Positions 1-10,886 of a stretch of DNA of 64,000 nucleotides are shown here, one piece after another. A program made the position numbers and the translations under genes. How positions within the stretch are numbered: position 1 is the first letter of the stretch; each line of letters starts with the position of its first letter. The notes below the pieces were generated by a model. That model worked only from the letters and a program-made list of their open reading frames with translations, did not search any database and was not told the origin of the DNA. Source of the stretch: Acidobacteriota bacterium (GTDB lineage: Bacteria; Acidobacteriota; UBA6911; RPQK01; JAJDTT01); NCBI GenBank assembly GCA_965217775.1, contig CBDCJH010000002.1, forward strand, positions 1,632,001 through 1,696,000. Reading direction: 5' to 3'.

Positions 1-85
1 CTGGAGAATCTCCCGAGCCACAACCTGCCAGGAGAACACCAGCCAGGCAAAGGACGAAGAGGAACTTGATTTTCTTAGTTTCCAT
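1..85 (-). CDS. N-terminus of a lipoprotein (runs off the window)
   Basis: Reverse strand from ATG 85 reads METKKIKFLFVLCLAGVLLAGCGSGDSP, with lipobox LAGC; overlaps the end of the GWxTD gene. Confidence 0.75.
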   Translation of the reverse strand, partial: METKKIKFLFVLCLAGVLLAGCGSGDSP

Positions 86-1658
86 GGTTGCTCCTTTCCA
101 CTCTGAAAGAGATTGCGGGCTCGAGCCTGCTACCGGATATCCGATCGCTGATCCGGAGTTGGAAACGATATCTTCCCGGCGACAGATCCAGGCGCGACCA
201 CAACTTCGCGATCGAGATCCGTTGCCCCTGAAACGCCGCGTTGAGAGCGGTAATATTCTCCTCTTTGACGGGTCGATCCTCTGGGTCGAGAATTCGATAG
301 GCAACATCGACGTCGGGCTTCGAAGTGGCCTGGTCGATCTGCATATTGTAGATCTCCGCGTAGACTCCAAAGGGTGAATTCCGCGAGAAGACGCCGCGGA
401 CGTTCGGGTAGACCTTCAAGCCTCCGCTGGTGACGAAGGGATGGGGGTAGATCTCGCCCGCCTGGGACGCACCGATCCGCTCAGCCAGGATGATGCTGCT
501 GGCGCTCAACGCCTCGGAGCCGATCGCGGGGACCACGATGCCGGCTTGCCGGGAACCGATGTTCTCGCTTTCCAGGTTCTTTAAAACCAGTTCCAACTTG
601 TACCGTCCCGGTCTCAATGGAACGTAACGTTGATAGAGAGATTTGCTCGGCGTCTCACCTGCAGACAACGAAGTCCGAATGACATCCTCGAACTCATAAA
701 CGACGCGCTGTCCCAGGTTGGATACCCTGCCGTAAAGGTTGAGGTTGGCCTGCCTGTTTCTCGCCTCGGGGACCGGAGCAAAGGTCAAATCCCGATGGGC
801 GACTTCAACGGTTACCGGTGTCAGGGTCAGCTCCGGCGAGAGCCGCAGGACGTGATAGGACATCTCGAAAGGAAGCTGCTGGTAGCGGATCTGCGTCTCC
901 ACTGCCGTCTTCAGGTCTTCGAATTCAATCGAAGGCGGGCGCGTCAGCTTGACGTACTCCTCGACCCGCAGAAAGGGATTGGCCGCTTCGCTCACGAAGG
1001 AGTCTCCGGGCAAACCCAGGGAACGCATGGCGTCGGCGCTTCGAATTCGCCCCGCCCTCGTTTCCAGACCCAAGTATTCATAGAGTGTCTGGCCGTGCCC
1101 CGACACGTACAGCATGGCGTCTTTCTCGGTATCTCGCAGGGCGAGCCGGTACTCTCCGGTGCTCGTCGGGTCCACGAATTCGATGGAGATCCCCTGGCCC
1201 AATTCTCCCAGATCCTGGTAGTACCAGACCTCGTACGGATAGGTCGTGGTCGAACCGCCTCCTTCCCCTAGAGTCCGAAAGTAAGGTCCTCCAGTGGGGT
1301 AGCGTTGGATGCTGGTCGGAGGCCCAAAGGTGATATAGGTTCGCCCCCTATCGGTCCGCCATCCTTGCAGCCCCGATCGGAAGTTGTCGTTGGCGTAGGC
1401 GATGCGACGATAGTGCTCCTCCTTGAACTCGTTGATGGAAGTGCGCGGGTCGGTGTCGCGCCGCAGCCAGAACTGCTCGATGAACCGATCCTTTTCTTCG
1501 GGGGCGGTAAGCTGACTGAAGACGGTCCGCTCTTCGGGCGTGATGATGTAAACCACATCTCCATTCAGCCATTTCTGGTAGTAGTCCGCCGGTTCCTTCT
1601 GCGGAAACCCGGAAATGGGTGGGAACAGAATGGCCAGCAGAATCAGGGTCTTTTTCAC
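75..1658 (-). CDS. GWxTD domain-containing protein
   Basis: Motifs KWLNGDVVYII, FIEQFWLRRD, EEHYRRIAYAN, GWRTDRGRTYITFGPP; start re-placed at GTG 1658 before signal peptide VKKTLILLAILF. Confidence 0.9.
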   Translation of the reverse strand: MKKTLILLAILFPPISGFPQKEPADYYQKWLNGDVVYIITPEERTVFSQLTAPEEKDRFIEQFWLRRDTDPRTSINEFKEEHYRRIAYANDNFRSGLQGWRTDRGRTYITFGPPTSIQRYPTGGPYFRTLGEGGGSTTTYPYEVWYYQDLGELGQGISIEFVDPTSTGEYRLALRDTEKDAMLYVSGHGQTLYEYLGLETRAGRIRSADAMRSLGLPGDSFVSEAANPFLRVEEYVKLTRPPSIEFEDLKTAVETQIRYQQLPFEMSYHVLRLSPELTLTPVTVEVAHRDLTFAPVPEARNRQANLNLYGRVSNLGQRVVYEFEDVIRTSLSAGETPSKSLYQRYVPLRPGRYKLELVLKNLESENIGSRQAGIVVPAIGSEALSASSIILAERIGASQAGEIYPHPFVTSGGLKVYPNVRGVFSRNSPFGVYAEIYNMQIDQATSKPDVDVAYRILDPEDRPVKEENITALNAAFQGQRISIAKLWSRLDLSPGRYRFQLRISDRISGSRLEPAISFRVERSNHGN

Positions 1659-1829
1659 CCGATCGCTCTGTCGCCCATTCGCTTTTGAACTTCGGGGTCC
1701 GGATGGCAGTGGCGGGACCATCTTTTGAGTTATCGTTTCAGATCCCATGCCGAAACACAAACGAGTCCAGCTTGATGTTGCGGATGTGGATTCGCAGTTG
1801 AATAGTCTGAGACGTGAGGAGGATCTCCA

Positions 1830-3680
1830 ATGATCGTACGCTTGAGGACACGGGTTGCAGTTCTGTCCCTCGTGGGCTTTCTGGCTGCAGGAGCCGGGTT
1901 TGTGGCAGCCGCCTCTTCGAGTGTGGAAGATCCGCCGATCCTTCTTCCCGACGGGACGGAATTCCGGACCTGGGAGGATAGGACCGAGTACCGGCGCGTC
2001 TACTATGTGGATCAGAACCACCCTGCGGCTGCGGACGACAACCCGGGCACGGAAGAGGCACCTTTTCTGACGATTCAACGTGCGGCGGACGTCGTCCAGC
2101 CCGCCGAAAAGGTCTTGATCAAGTCGGGCATCTACCGTGAGTGGGTCCGGCCTCGGCGAGGGGGCACCGGCCCGGACGGGATGATCAGCTTCGAGGCGGC
2201 GCCGGGCGCGGAGGCCGTCATCAGCGGGTCCGACGTCCTGAGGGCCAATTGGACCAATTCGGGCCGTTCAAGATCGGCGAACGTCTGGAAGGCGGATCTG
2301 CCGGCCGAGTTCTTCGGTGACGATCACCCGATTGCCACCATCAACACCTCCGACGATGACTTTGCGGTCATGCGCTGGGCCAGGGCGGAGCAGGGACGGA
2401 TCCCCCACACCCTGCCGCGAGCCATGGTGTTCCAGGAGGGGCGGCGAGTGACCCAGTTGGCCAGGATCGATGAGCTGCACCGGGTCGCCGGCACCTTCTG
2501 GATCGATCGGGAGAACCGGCAGCTTCACCTCAACCCGTTCGATCGCAGGGACCCCAACACCCGGCAGATCGAGGTGACCACGCGACAGTTCCTGTTCAAC
2601 CCGCTGGCGAAGGAGATGGGATACATCCGGATTAGGGGGCTTACGTTCGAGCATGCCGGCAACGGCTTCATTCGCTCCGGAAACGGCGCCATCACGACCT
2701 GGGGTGGCCACCATTGGATCATCGAGGAGAACACCGTCCGGCACCTCAACGCGGTGGGTATCGAGATCGGAGCGTTCACCGAAGAGGGCCCCAAGGCAGG
2801 GAACCGGAACGAGCTGGCGATGACGACGGGAGACCATCTGGTGCGCCGCAACCATGTGTACGATTGCGGCACGGGCGGAATTCAGGGAACCGTCGTCTCC
2901 CGGAGCCTGGTGTCCGACAATCACATACACGACTGCGGTTGGCAGGACGTCGAGCGTTACTGGGAGGTCGCCGGCATCAAGCTCCTGATCATGCTGAATT
3001 CCGTCGTCACGCGCAATCACGTTCACGATTGCTATGCTTCGGCCGGAATTTGGATCGATTTCGCGAACCGGAACACGCGGGTCACCCGGAATCTGATTCA
3101 CGACATCTCGAGCTATGCCGGGGCGCTCTTCTTCGAGGCCTCGAACGTCCTCAACCTGATCGACCACAATGTCGTCTACAACGTCCAGGGCTCCGGGTTC
3201 TACCTGCACGACTCCGATCGGCTCCTGGTGACTCACAACCTGCTGGTGAACTGCGCGCCGTTCGGGATCCGCATGACGAAGACCAAGACCCGGGACCGGG
3301 TGGGCGTTTCCAAACACAACCGGGTGATCAACAACGTGGTCGCGCAGTGTCCGGTGCCATTCGAATACGCCAATACGGAGAACGTCTCGGATTACAACGT
3401 CGTCTCCGGTTCGGGAACGGATTTCAACTTGGCCGAGTGGCAGGCGTCCGGCCTGGACGTCCACAGCCGAACGGCCGAGCTCGACATTACGATCGGTCCC
3501 GAGGACGGGATCCTGTCCTGGTCGGCTCGGAGAGACGAGGTCCTGACGGTGACCCGCGACGAGCGGATGGGATTCGACTACTTCGGCCGTACGTATCCCG
3601 GAAATGCGATTGCGGTGGGACCCTTCAAGGAAGGTTGGAACCCGGTCCACCGCCGGTTGAAGCTCATTCTCAATAAATGA
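1830..3680 (+). CDS. Secreted right-handed parallel beta-helix protein (DUF1565/pectate-lyase-like)
   Basis: Signal peptide; YYVDQ..A.DDNPGTEEAPFLTIQRAA, GIYRE; repeated N-x-I/V-H/Y-D beta-helix turns; GIWID. Confidence 0.85.
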   Translation: MIVRLRTRVAVLSLVGFLAAGAGFVAAASSSVEDPPILLPDGTEFRTWEDRTEYRRVYYVDQNHPAAADDNPGTEEAPFLTIQRAADVVQPAEKVLIKSGIYREWVRPRRGGTGPDGMISFEAAPGAEAVISGSDVLRANWTNSGRSRSANVWKADLPAEFFGDDHPIATINTSDDDFAVMRWARAEQGRIPHTLPRAMVFQEGRRVTQLARIDELHRVAGTFWIDRENRQLHLNPFDRRDPNTRQIEVTTRQFLFNPLAKEMGYIRIRGLTFEHAGNGFIRSGNGAITTWGGHHWIIEENTVRHLNAVGIEIGAFTEEGPKAGNRNELAMTTGDHLVRRNHVYDCGTGGIQGTVVSRSLVSDNHIHDCGWQDVERYWEVAGIKLLIMLNSVVTRNHVHDCYASAGIWIDFANRNTRVTRNLIHDISSYAGALFFEASNVLNLIDHNVVYNVQGSGFYLHDSDRLLVTHNLLVNCAPFGIRMTKTKTRDRVGVSKHNRVINNVVAQCPVPFEYANTENVSDYNVVSGSGTDFNLAEWQASGLDVHSRTAELDITIGPEDGILSWSARRDEVLTVTRDERMGFDYFGRTYPGNAIAVGPFKEGWNPVHRRLKLILNK

Positions 3681-3783
3681 AAGCCGTTCGGGGCAGGGAA
3701 GACCGGCTGCGGCAGAATCTCCGACCTCGATTGCCGAACGACGGGCCGGGGGTGAATAACGCGCAACACCCGGGCCGGTGGGG

Positions 3784-5562
3784 TCAGCCGCCGCGTTCGG
3801 GGGTCCCGGAAAGACGGGCCCGCTCCGTCCGGGTGGCCTGGAGATCCACTGCCTTGCCCGACGCGTCCAGGACGACGCCGTAGGTGTCACGGGCTCTTTC
3901 CGGCGTCACCTTGCCTTGGGTCACGTCTTGCAGCACCCGTTCCGGATCCCGCTCCAGGGACGGACCGTAGCCTCCTCCTCCGGGCGTCCGATAGCTGATG
4001 ACGGAATCGGGCTGGAGGTGCAACGTGATCTTGGACGGGAGTTCTTTCGCTTCTCCATCCGGATTGAGAATGTATTTGGAGCTGGCTCCGCTGCCACCTC
4101 CGAACAACCCCCAGGGCGCAAACTTCCGATTGTCGGAAAAGATGGTGAGCGTGGCCTCGTGACCGGGGAACTTCCAGTCCCGCCTCAGACCCAATCCTCC
4201 CCGGTAGCGGCCGGCCCCTTCCGAGTCCGGGATCAACTCGTAGCGGGTGATCAGGAACGGCAGGTTGTTCTCGGTCTCCTCGATGGCCGAGTTCTCCGTG
4301 TTCTGGACATGGGACTGGACGGCGTCCATTCCGTCCTTGGTGGGAAGGCCTCCCCAGCCGCCGGCCATGGTCTCGATGAAGGTGTAATACTCTCCGGTTC
4401 GCGGATCGATGCCCCCACAGGCCATGTGACAGTTTATGCTCTTGGTGCTGGCCATGACCTTGTCCGGCATGGCGTCCGAAAGGGCGCGGAAACCCAGGCA
4501 GCAAAGGCGCATGACCACCTCCCAGCCACCGACCACGCCCACCGGAGGAACCGCGTTCACCACGGTCCCCGGCGGCGCCTCGACGTCGATGAGCCGGTAG
4601 AAGCCTTCGTTGGTGGGGATATCGGAATCGATCAGGCACTTGACGACGTAGGCCAGGGGCGAATAGGTCTGAGTCAGCGTGGCGTTCATGGGAGAGCTGC
4701 GCTGGGCGTCCGTACCGGTCAGGTCGAATGAAACCCGGCCCTCTCTGATCTCCACCTTCAGCACCAGCCGAATCGGGCGATCCGACACCCCGTCATCGTC
4801 CAGCAGGGCCTCCGCTTCGTAGACCCCGTCCGGCAGTTTCGAAATCTCGGCGCGGGCCCATCGCTCCGTGTACTCGATCAGCTCATCGACGAAGACCTCC
4901 ACCGATTCGGCACCGAATCTGGTCAGGATCTCCGCCATCCGTTTCTGGCCCAGCAGGGAAGCGGCGATCTGGGCCCGAAAATCTCCTGTGGACTGGCGGG
5001 GCGAGCGGATGTTGGCCAGGATGAGGCGGAAGACGTCGTCGACGATCTCACCTTCGGAGACCAGTTTGGCCGGCGGGATGATGATCCCCTCCTGGTAGAG
5101 CTCCGTGGAAATGCAGTAGCCGCCCGGCGCATAGCCGCCGATGTCGACGTGATGCGCAATGGTGGCCGCGTATCCCTGGATCTTCCCGCCGCTGAAAAAG
5201 GGCGCCATGATGGCCACGTCGTTGAGGTGGACGCCGCCCCGGTAGGGGTGGTTCATCACCAACGCGTCGCCCGGATGGAGCTTCTCGATCCCGTATTGCC
5301 GGATCGTGTTGGGAATCATTCTGGACATGGAGGCCAAGTGCACCGGCTGGGAGAAGGACTGGGCGATGATGCGGAGCTTGGAGTCGAAGAGGGCACAGGA
5401 GAAGTCGGAACGGGTCTTGATGTTGGTCGAGTACGCCGCCTTTCTCAGGGCGGCTCCCATCTCGTCGGCCGCGGCTTCGAAGGCGCTGCGCATCACTTCG
5501 AACCGGATGGGGTCCATTTTCAGGGCCGCGGTCGTCTTCTCGGTCCCGTTGGTCTTGCTCAT
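3784..5562 (-). CDS. Hydantoinase B / 5-oxoprolinase family subunit
   Basis: DFSCALFD, PVHLASM, HPYRGGVHLNDV, HHVDIGG, EGAGRYRGG, TPGGGGYG. Confidence 0.93.
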   Translation of the reverse strand: MSKTNGTEKTTAALKMDPIRFEVMRSAFEAAADEMGAALRKAAYSTNIKTRSDFSCALFDSKLRIIAQSFSQPVHLASMSRMIPNTIRQYGIEKLHPGDALVMNHPYRGGVHLNDVAIMAPFFSGGKIQGYAATIAHHVDIGGYAPGGYCISTELYQEGIIIPPAKLVSEGEIVDDVFRLILANIRSPRQSTGDFRAQIAASLLGQKRMAEILTRFGAESVEVFVDELIEYTERWARAEISKLPDGVYEAEALLDDDGVSDRPIRLVLKVEIREGRVSFDLTGTDAQRSSPMNATLTQTYSPLAYVVKCLIDSDIPTNEGFYRLIDVEAPPGTVVNAVPPVGVVGGWEVVMRLCCLGFRALSDAMPDKVMASTKSINCHMACGGIDPRTGEYYTFIETMAGGWGGLPTKDGMDAVQSHVQNTENSAIEETENNLPFLITRYELIPDSEGAGRYRGGLGLRRDWKFPGHEATLTIFSDNRKFAPWGLFGGGSGASSKYILNPDGEAKELPSKITLHLQPDSVISYRTPGGGGYGPSLERDPERVLQDVTQGKVTPERARDTYGVVLDASGKAVDLQATRTERARLSGTPERGG

Positions 5563-7649
5563 ACTTCAGTTTCCTGGATCCGAATGTTGCCATGGAGGTC
5601 CACGTCTGCCCGGTAGTCCGGATGAAGGACAATCGTTGAATCGACTTCCTCCACGATGGCGGGTCCCGTGATGCAGTCTCCCGACTTGAGCCGATAGCGA
5701 TCGTAGACCTTGCACGGAACCGCTCCGCCGCATTCGGAAAAGTGGACGGGACGCTCGTTCTTGACGGCATCGCCGGCGTCCCCGATCCCCTCTTCGAGCC
5801 GGCGTAAACGAGGCTGCCGGATCTTACCGATTGCCGTCAGCCTCAGAGCGACCGCTTCCGTCGGTTCCGTGTCGTCGGCATAGCCGTAAGCCCGCTCATG
5901 CTCCCGATAGAACGCCGCATTCACGGTTCTTTTGTCACCCTCGGTCAGATCGCGGTTCGGAATCTCGATCTTCAACTCGTATCCCTGACCCACGTATCTC
6001 ATGTCCAGATAGTGAGCATAGTTGACGTCTTCCTCGGAAATTCCTTCGGAGAACAAAATCTCCCTGCCACGTTCGGCCAATTCGGCGAAGGACCGGTTGA
6101 GGCGTTCGAGATCGAGCTCAGCGATCTGTTGATGAAATGCCCGGACGTAGTCGTGCTTGATGTCGCTCACCAGCAATCCCAGGGCGGAGGTCACTCCGGG
6201 ACTCATGGGAATGAGCACCTTGGGAATCCCCAGCTCCCGGGCCAAGCCGTTGGCGTGCATGGGTCCGGCGCCTCCGAAGCCGACCAGCACGAAGTCCCGT
6301 GGATCGAAGCCTCTCTGAACCGAGATGGTGCGGACGGCGCCGATCATGTTGGCATTGGCGATCTCGATGATCCCGTTGGCCGTCTCCACGACACCCAATC
6401 GCAGCCGGCCGGCCAGTTTCCGGACCGCCGCTTCCGCCAGCTCCGGGTCGAGCTTCTGCGCCCCCCCGATGAAATAGTCCGGATTGAGTCGTCCCAGCAC
6501 CAGATTGGCGTCGGTGATGCACGGCTCCTCCTGGCCCTTTCCGTAACAGGCTGGACCCGGATCCGCCCCGCCGCTTCGAGGACCGACCCGCAACGCGCCA
6601 CCGGGATCGATCCAGGCGATGCTGCCGCCGCCGGCTCCGATCTCCACCAGGTCGACGACGGGAGTTCTGACCGGGTAGCCTGCCCCCTTGCTCTCCGCCA
6701 CGGCGGCGCTGCCGACTTCGAAGTGCGGCGCGATCTTGACGGTTCCTCCTTCCACCAGGCCGACCTTGGCGGTGGTGCCGCCCATGTCGAAACTGATGAC
6801 GTCCCGGGTTCCCACCAGGTTTCCCAGGTAACGGGTCGCGATGACGCCCGCCGCTGGTCCCGATTCGATCAGATGCACCGGTTCCCGCTTGGCGACGTCG
6901 GAGGCCATGACTCCGCCCGCCGAGGTCATGAGGTGCAATCCCACGCCGACTCCCAGTCGGGCCAACCGGTTCTCCAGGTTTTCCAGGTAGCGGGTCACGA
7001 TGGGCATGACCACCGCGTTGATGGCGGTGGTGCTGGCGCGAAAGTACTCCCTCATTTCCGGGCAGAGGTCGGAGGAGATGGACAGAAACACTCCCGGCAA
7101 TTCATTCCGGAGGAGGTCGCGGACTCGTTTTTCGTGTGCCGGGTTGACGTACGAATGCAGCAGGCAGACCGCCACCGACTCGACGGCGGCCTCTTTCAAC
7201 CGGCGGGCGACGTCCCGAACGGCATCTTCATCCAGAGGAGCAAGGGTCTGGCCGGCATAGTCGAGGCGCTCCGGAACCCCGTAGCATCGATTCCGGGGAA
7301 TCACGGGCTTCGGCTTCTCGCAGAAGATGTCGTACAGTCTGGGCCGAATCTGGCGGGCGATTTCCAGGACGTCCCGGAATCCCTCGGTAGCTACCAAGCC
7401 CGTCCGGGCTCCTTTGCCCTCGATCAGGGTATTGGTCGCCACGGTGGTCCCATGGACGTTGTAGGTAACGTCCGCGGCAGCCACCCTCGATTCTCTCAAG
7501 GCGCGTTCCACCGTGTTCAGAAACCCGACCGAGGGGTCGCTCGGAGTGCTGGCCATTTTCACGAGCCGCAGCTCTCCGGTGGACTCGTCCATCATGACCA
7601 GATCCGTGAACGTTCCCCCGATGTCCACACCGATTCGATAGCTGTTCAT
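5559..7649 (-). CDS. Hydantoinase A / 5-oxoprolinase family subunit
   Basis: IGVDIGGTFTD, HGTTVATN, ESGPAAG, DMGGTT, IGAGGGSIA, FGGAGPMHA; 4-bp overlap with the B subunit gene. Confidence 0.93.
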   Translation of the reverse strand: MNSYRIGVDIGGTFTDLVMMDESTGELRLVKMASTPSDPSVGFLNTVERALRESRVAAADVTYNVHGTTVATNTLIEGKGARTGLVATEGFRDVLEIARQIRPRLYDIFCEKPKPVIPRNRCYGVPERLDYAGQTLAPLDEDAVRDVARRLKEAAVESVAVCLLHSYVNPAHEKRVRDLLRNELPGVFLSISSDLCPEMREYFRASTTAINAVVMPIVTRYLENLENRLARLGVGVGLHLMTSAGGVMASDVAKREPVHLIESGPAAGVIATRYLGNLVGTRDVISFDMGGTTAKVGLVEGGTVKIAPHFEVGSAAVAESKGAGYPVRTPVVDLVEIGAGGGSIAWIDPGGALRVGPRSGGADPGPACYGKGQEEPCITDANLVLGRLNPDYFIGGAQKLDPELAEAAVRKLAGRLRLGVVETANGIIEIANANMIGAVRTISVQRGFDPRDFVLVGFGGAGPMHANGLARELGIPKVLIPMSPGVTSALGLLVSDIKHDYVRAFHQQIAELDLERLNRSFAELAERGREILFSEGISEEDVNYAHYLDMRYVGQGYELKIEIPNRDLTEGDKRTVNAAFYREHERAYGYADDTEPTEAVALRLTAIGKIRQPRLRRLEEGIGDAGDAVKNERPVHFSECGGAVPCKVYDRYRLKSGDCITGPAIVEEVDSTIVLHPDYRADVDLHGNIRIQETEV

Positions 7650-7976
7650 ATTCCTGACCTTGACCCGGCGTGAATCCTGCCCGGGGCCGGTATTGATGCT
7701 TTCGTAGCCAGCCCACTACGATACCGCAATCAACCGCCATGATCCCCTCATGCCGGGCTCCTTGGATTGCGTTCCGGGCTCCGAACACTCTCCGACGGCA
7801 CCGCGACAGGCCATTGGAAATCTTGTCATCGCCCGGATCCGTTCCCTACAATCTACTGGATTTTGGCAACGGCACCAGGAAGGAGGAACCCCACGAGAAG
7901 AGGGATCCGTCGGGAACCGGCTCAACGCGGAAGCGCTCGTGCCTCTTGTCTCCAACCCTTCCGCCTGGTCTCGCCG

Positions 7977-9182
7977 TTGCGAATCACCTGGTGGACCTGC
8001 CCCTTTCTTCTATTGATAACGATTTGGGCCACCCACGCATTGATCCGTGGCCAGGGAGAGATCCGCCAGCTGATCGAGACCGGCCGGCTCCTCGAAGCCA
8101 AGGAGCTGGTCCAGCAGAAACTGGAAGCAGACCCGTCCAGTCCCGACTGGCTGTACTGGAAAGCGGTCATCGCCTTCGCCTCAGGAGACTTTTCCGAGGC
8201 GGAGAGGACGCTACAACCCGTGGTCCGGAGCCATGCTGCGTCGGGAACACATTTGTTGTTGTTGGGGGAGATCCATGACCGGAAACAGCAATGGAAGGAA
8301 GCCGCTGGAGCTTACCGGCGCGCGTTGTCTTTTCCGCACGGGTCCGACCTACTGATTCGATTGGCGCGATCCGAATTTCGCGCGGGGAATCCGCCGGCCG
8401 TCATCGAGACACTCCGGCCCCTCGCAGAGTCACCCGAAGCCACCGGCGAGGCGCACTTTCTGCTGGCGCTCTCCTATGGCCGGCAGCGAGACCTGGAACA
8501 ATCCGTCGCGCACCTGTCGAAGGCCGTCGCAAAGCAACCGGACGCCGCCTCCTATCGATTCCAGTATGCGCTCGCCCTGGCCGAGAATGGGCAGTTGGAG
8601 AACGCGGTGAAGGAACTCCGCAGAACCCTCGCACTGGAGCCCAATCTGGCCATGGCCCATTTCTACCTGGGGCAGATCCTGCACAATATGAACCTCCGCG
8701 ACGACGCCTTGGCGGCGCTGCAGCGGGCCGAGCGTCTGCAACCCGGGATTCCTCATCTGGCCTTCAGCCTGGGACTGCTCTACAAGCTCCAAGGGGACTT
8801 TGATCAGGCGATCCCGAAGTTTGAGAAGGAAATCGCCGCCGGAACCGATCACCCACCAGCTCATTTCCATCTGGCGGAGATTCTCTTTCGGAGGAACCAG
8901 ACCCACCGGAGCGAGGAGCTGATCAAACGGGCCATCGCACTCCAACCGGGAATGGCCGACTATCATCTGCTGGCGACGGAGATCGCCCTCGCGGCCGATC
9001 GGCTGGAAGAAGCCGAAGAGCAGGTCAAGACGGCCATCGGTTCGGACCCCAACTCCGGCCGTGCCCATTACCTCCGGGGGAGAGTCCTGCAGGCCATGGG
9101 CCGGACCCAGGAGGCGGGAAGCGCCTTCGAGCTCTCCCGAAAGCTGATGGACGGACGGAGGGAAGGCGCTCCCGCACCATGA
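7977..9182 (+). CDS. Tetratricopeptide repeat protein
   Basis: Multiple TPR units (AHFLLALSY, AHFYLGQIL, AHYLRGRVL); start uncertain (TTG 7977 before a signal-like stretch); ATGA overlap with next gene. Confidence 0.85.
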   Translation: MRITWWTCPFLLLITIWATHALIRGQGEIRQLIETGRLLEAKELVQQKLEADPSSPDWLYWKAVIAFASGDFSEAERTLQPVVRSHAASGTHLLLLGEIHDRKQQWKEAAGAYRRALSFPHGSDLLIRLARSEFRAGNPPAVIETLRPLAESPEATGEAHFLLALSYGRQRDLEQSVAHLSKAVAKQPDAASYRFQYALALAENGQLENAVKELRRTLALEPNLAMAHFYLGQILHNMNLRDDALAALQRAERLQPGIPHLAFSLGLLYKLQGDFDQAIPKFEKEIAAGTDHPPAHFHLAEILFRRNQTHRSEELIKRAIALQPGMADYHLLATEIALAADRLEEAEEQVKTAIGSDPNSGRAHYLRGRVLQAMGRTQEAGSAFELSRKLMDGRREGAPAP

Positions 9183-10828
9183 GAAAGGCGGTCCTCCTCC
9201 TGTCGCTGTCCGTGGTCCAGGCCTCGAGCCAGACAGGCTCGCTTCAGTTCAGAGAGAGCGCGGCCGAGGCGGGGATCGAATTCCATTTCGTGAGTGGTTC
9301 GCCCGACAAACCATTCATTATCGAATCGATCAGCGGCGGGGTCGCCCTGTTCGACTATGACAACGACGGATGGCTGGACATCTATCTGGTCAACGGGAAC
9401 ACCGTCGAGGAGTTTCTGAAAGCAAAACGCACCGTCCGGAACGCCCTCTACCGGAACCGGGGAGACGGCACATTCCTTGACGTCACGCTCCAGGCCGGCG
9501 TCTCGGGAGGCCCGTGGGACATGGGAGCGGTGGCGGCCGATGTGGACAACGACGGCTTCAAGGATCTCTTTCTCACCGGGTTCGATCGAAACACGTTGTT
9601 CCGAAACAACGGCGACGGCAGCTTCAGCGACATTACGGCCTCGTCGGGTCTGGCCGACAAGCGGTGGGGTGCCGGCGCCGCTTTCGGCGACTATGACGCG
9701 GACGGCTTGCTCGACCTGTACGTGGCCCGTTACGTGGAGTTCGAACCGCGCCATCCTCCCCCTCCCACGCCTAAGTTTTGCAGTTACCGGGGGATCTCTG
9801 TCCAATGCGGGCCCCGCGGCATGCCGGGAGCGGAAGATTCGCTCTACAAGAACCTGGGTGGCGGCCGGTTCCGGGACGTGAGCCGAGAGGCCGGCATTTT
9901 GACCGGTTCCACCTACTACGGCTTGGGTTGCATATGGTTCGACTACGACGATGATGGCGATCAGGACATTTTCGTGGCCAACGATTCCTGTCCCAACTTC
10001 CTGTTCCGGAACGAGAAGGGCCGATTCGTCGAGGTGGCGATGGAGTCCGGGGTTGCACTGGGCGAAAACGGAAATGAACAGGACGGCATGGGGATCGCGG
10101 TGGGAGACGTGAACCGCGACGGACGGCTCGATCTGGTGCAAACCAACTTCTCGGAGGACAACAACACGCTGTACGTGAACCGGGGATCCTTCTTCACGGA
10201 CTCCAGTTACCGGTGGGGACTGGGGGAGACCACCTGGCAATACCTGGGCTGGGGGACCTTCCTCTTCGATGCGGACCTGGACGGGTGGCTCGACCTCTTC
10301 ATCGCCAACGGGCACGTCTATCCCCAAGTGGACAAACATCAGATTGGGACCTCTCTCCGGCAGCGCGATCTTCTCTTCCGAAACGAAGAGGGACGGCGGC
10401 TGGTCGAGGTGGGCCGGCAGGCGGGTCTGGTCAAGCTGGAGAACACCCGTGGAGCGGCGGTGGGGGACCTGAACAATGACGGCAAAGCGGACATCGTCGT
10501 CAACCACATGGATTCGTCCGCCGGCCTGTACTGGAACCGGACCCAGACCGGAAGGCGGCACTGGATCGGCTTCAAGTTGACCGGATCGGTCTCCAACCGC
10601 GACGCGGTGGGCGCCCGCGTGACGGTTACCGCAGGGGGTCTCCGGCAAGTAGCCGTTGTGCGGAGCGGCTCCAGCTACCTCTCCCACAACGATCACCGGC
10701 TTCTGTTCGGGACCGGGAATCACGAGATCGATGAAGTGACGATTCGCTGGCCCAGCGGCAGGATGCAGACTCTGAGAGATTGGAAGCTCGACACCTACAA
10801 CCAAGTGCCTGAGCCGCGTGGCCCCTGA
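9179..10828 (+). CDS. CRTAC1-family FG-GAP repeat protein with C-terminal ASPIC/UnbV domain
   Basis: Repeats DYDNDGWLDIY, DVDNDGFKDL, DYDADGLLDL; C-terminal SNRDAVGARV...GSSYLS...FG...IRWPSG. Confidence 0.93.
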   Translation: MRKAVLLLSLSVVQASSQTGSLQFRESAAEAGIEFHFVSGSPDKPFIIESISGGVALFDYDNDGWLDIYLVNGNTVEEFLKAKRTVRNALYRNRGDGTFLDVTLQAGVSGGPWDMGAVAADVDNDGFKDLFLTGFDRNTLFRNNGDGSFSDITASSGLADKRWGAGAAFGDYDADGLLDLYVARYVEFEPRHPPPPTPKFCSYRGISVQCGPRGMPGAEDSLYKNLGGGRFRDVSREAGILTGSTYYGLGCIWFDYDDDGDQDIFVANDSCPNFLFRNEKGRFVEVAMESGVALGENGNEQDGMGIAVGDVNRDGRLDLVQTNFSEDNNTLYVNRGSFFTDSSYRWGLGETTWQYLGWGTFLFDADLDGWLDLFIANGHVYPQVDKHQIGTSLRQRDLLFRNEEGRRLVEVGRQAGLVKLENTRGAAVGDLNNDGKADIVVNHMDSSAGLYWNRTQTGRRHWIGFKLTGSVSNRDAVGARVTVTAGGLRQVAVVRSGSSYLSHNDHRLLFGTGNHEIDEVTIRWPSGRMQTLRDWKLDTYNQVPEPRGP

Positions 10829-10851
10829 ACTGGCGGCATGCCATTTTCGCC

Positions 10852-10880
10852 TTGCAACGTGACACGGTGCACGTTATATT
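10852..10880 (+). promoter_or_regulatory. higBA promoter with overlapping palindromic operator
   Basis: TTGCAA (10852-57), 17 bp, TATATT (10875-80); palindrome AACGTG-N8-CACGTT (10856-10875) overlaps the spacer. Confidence 0.6.
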
Positions 10881-10886
10881 TCTGGC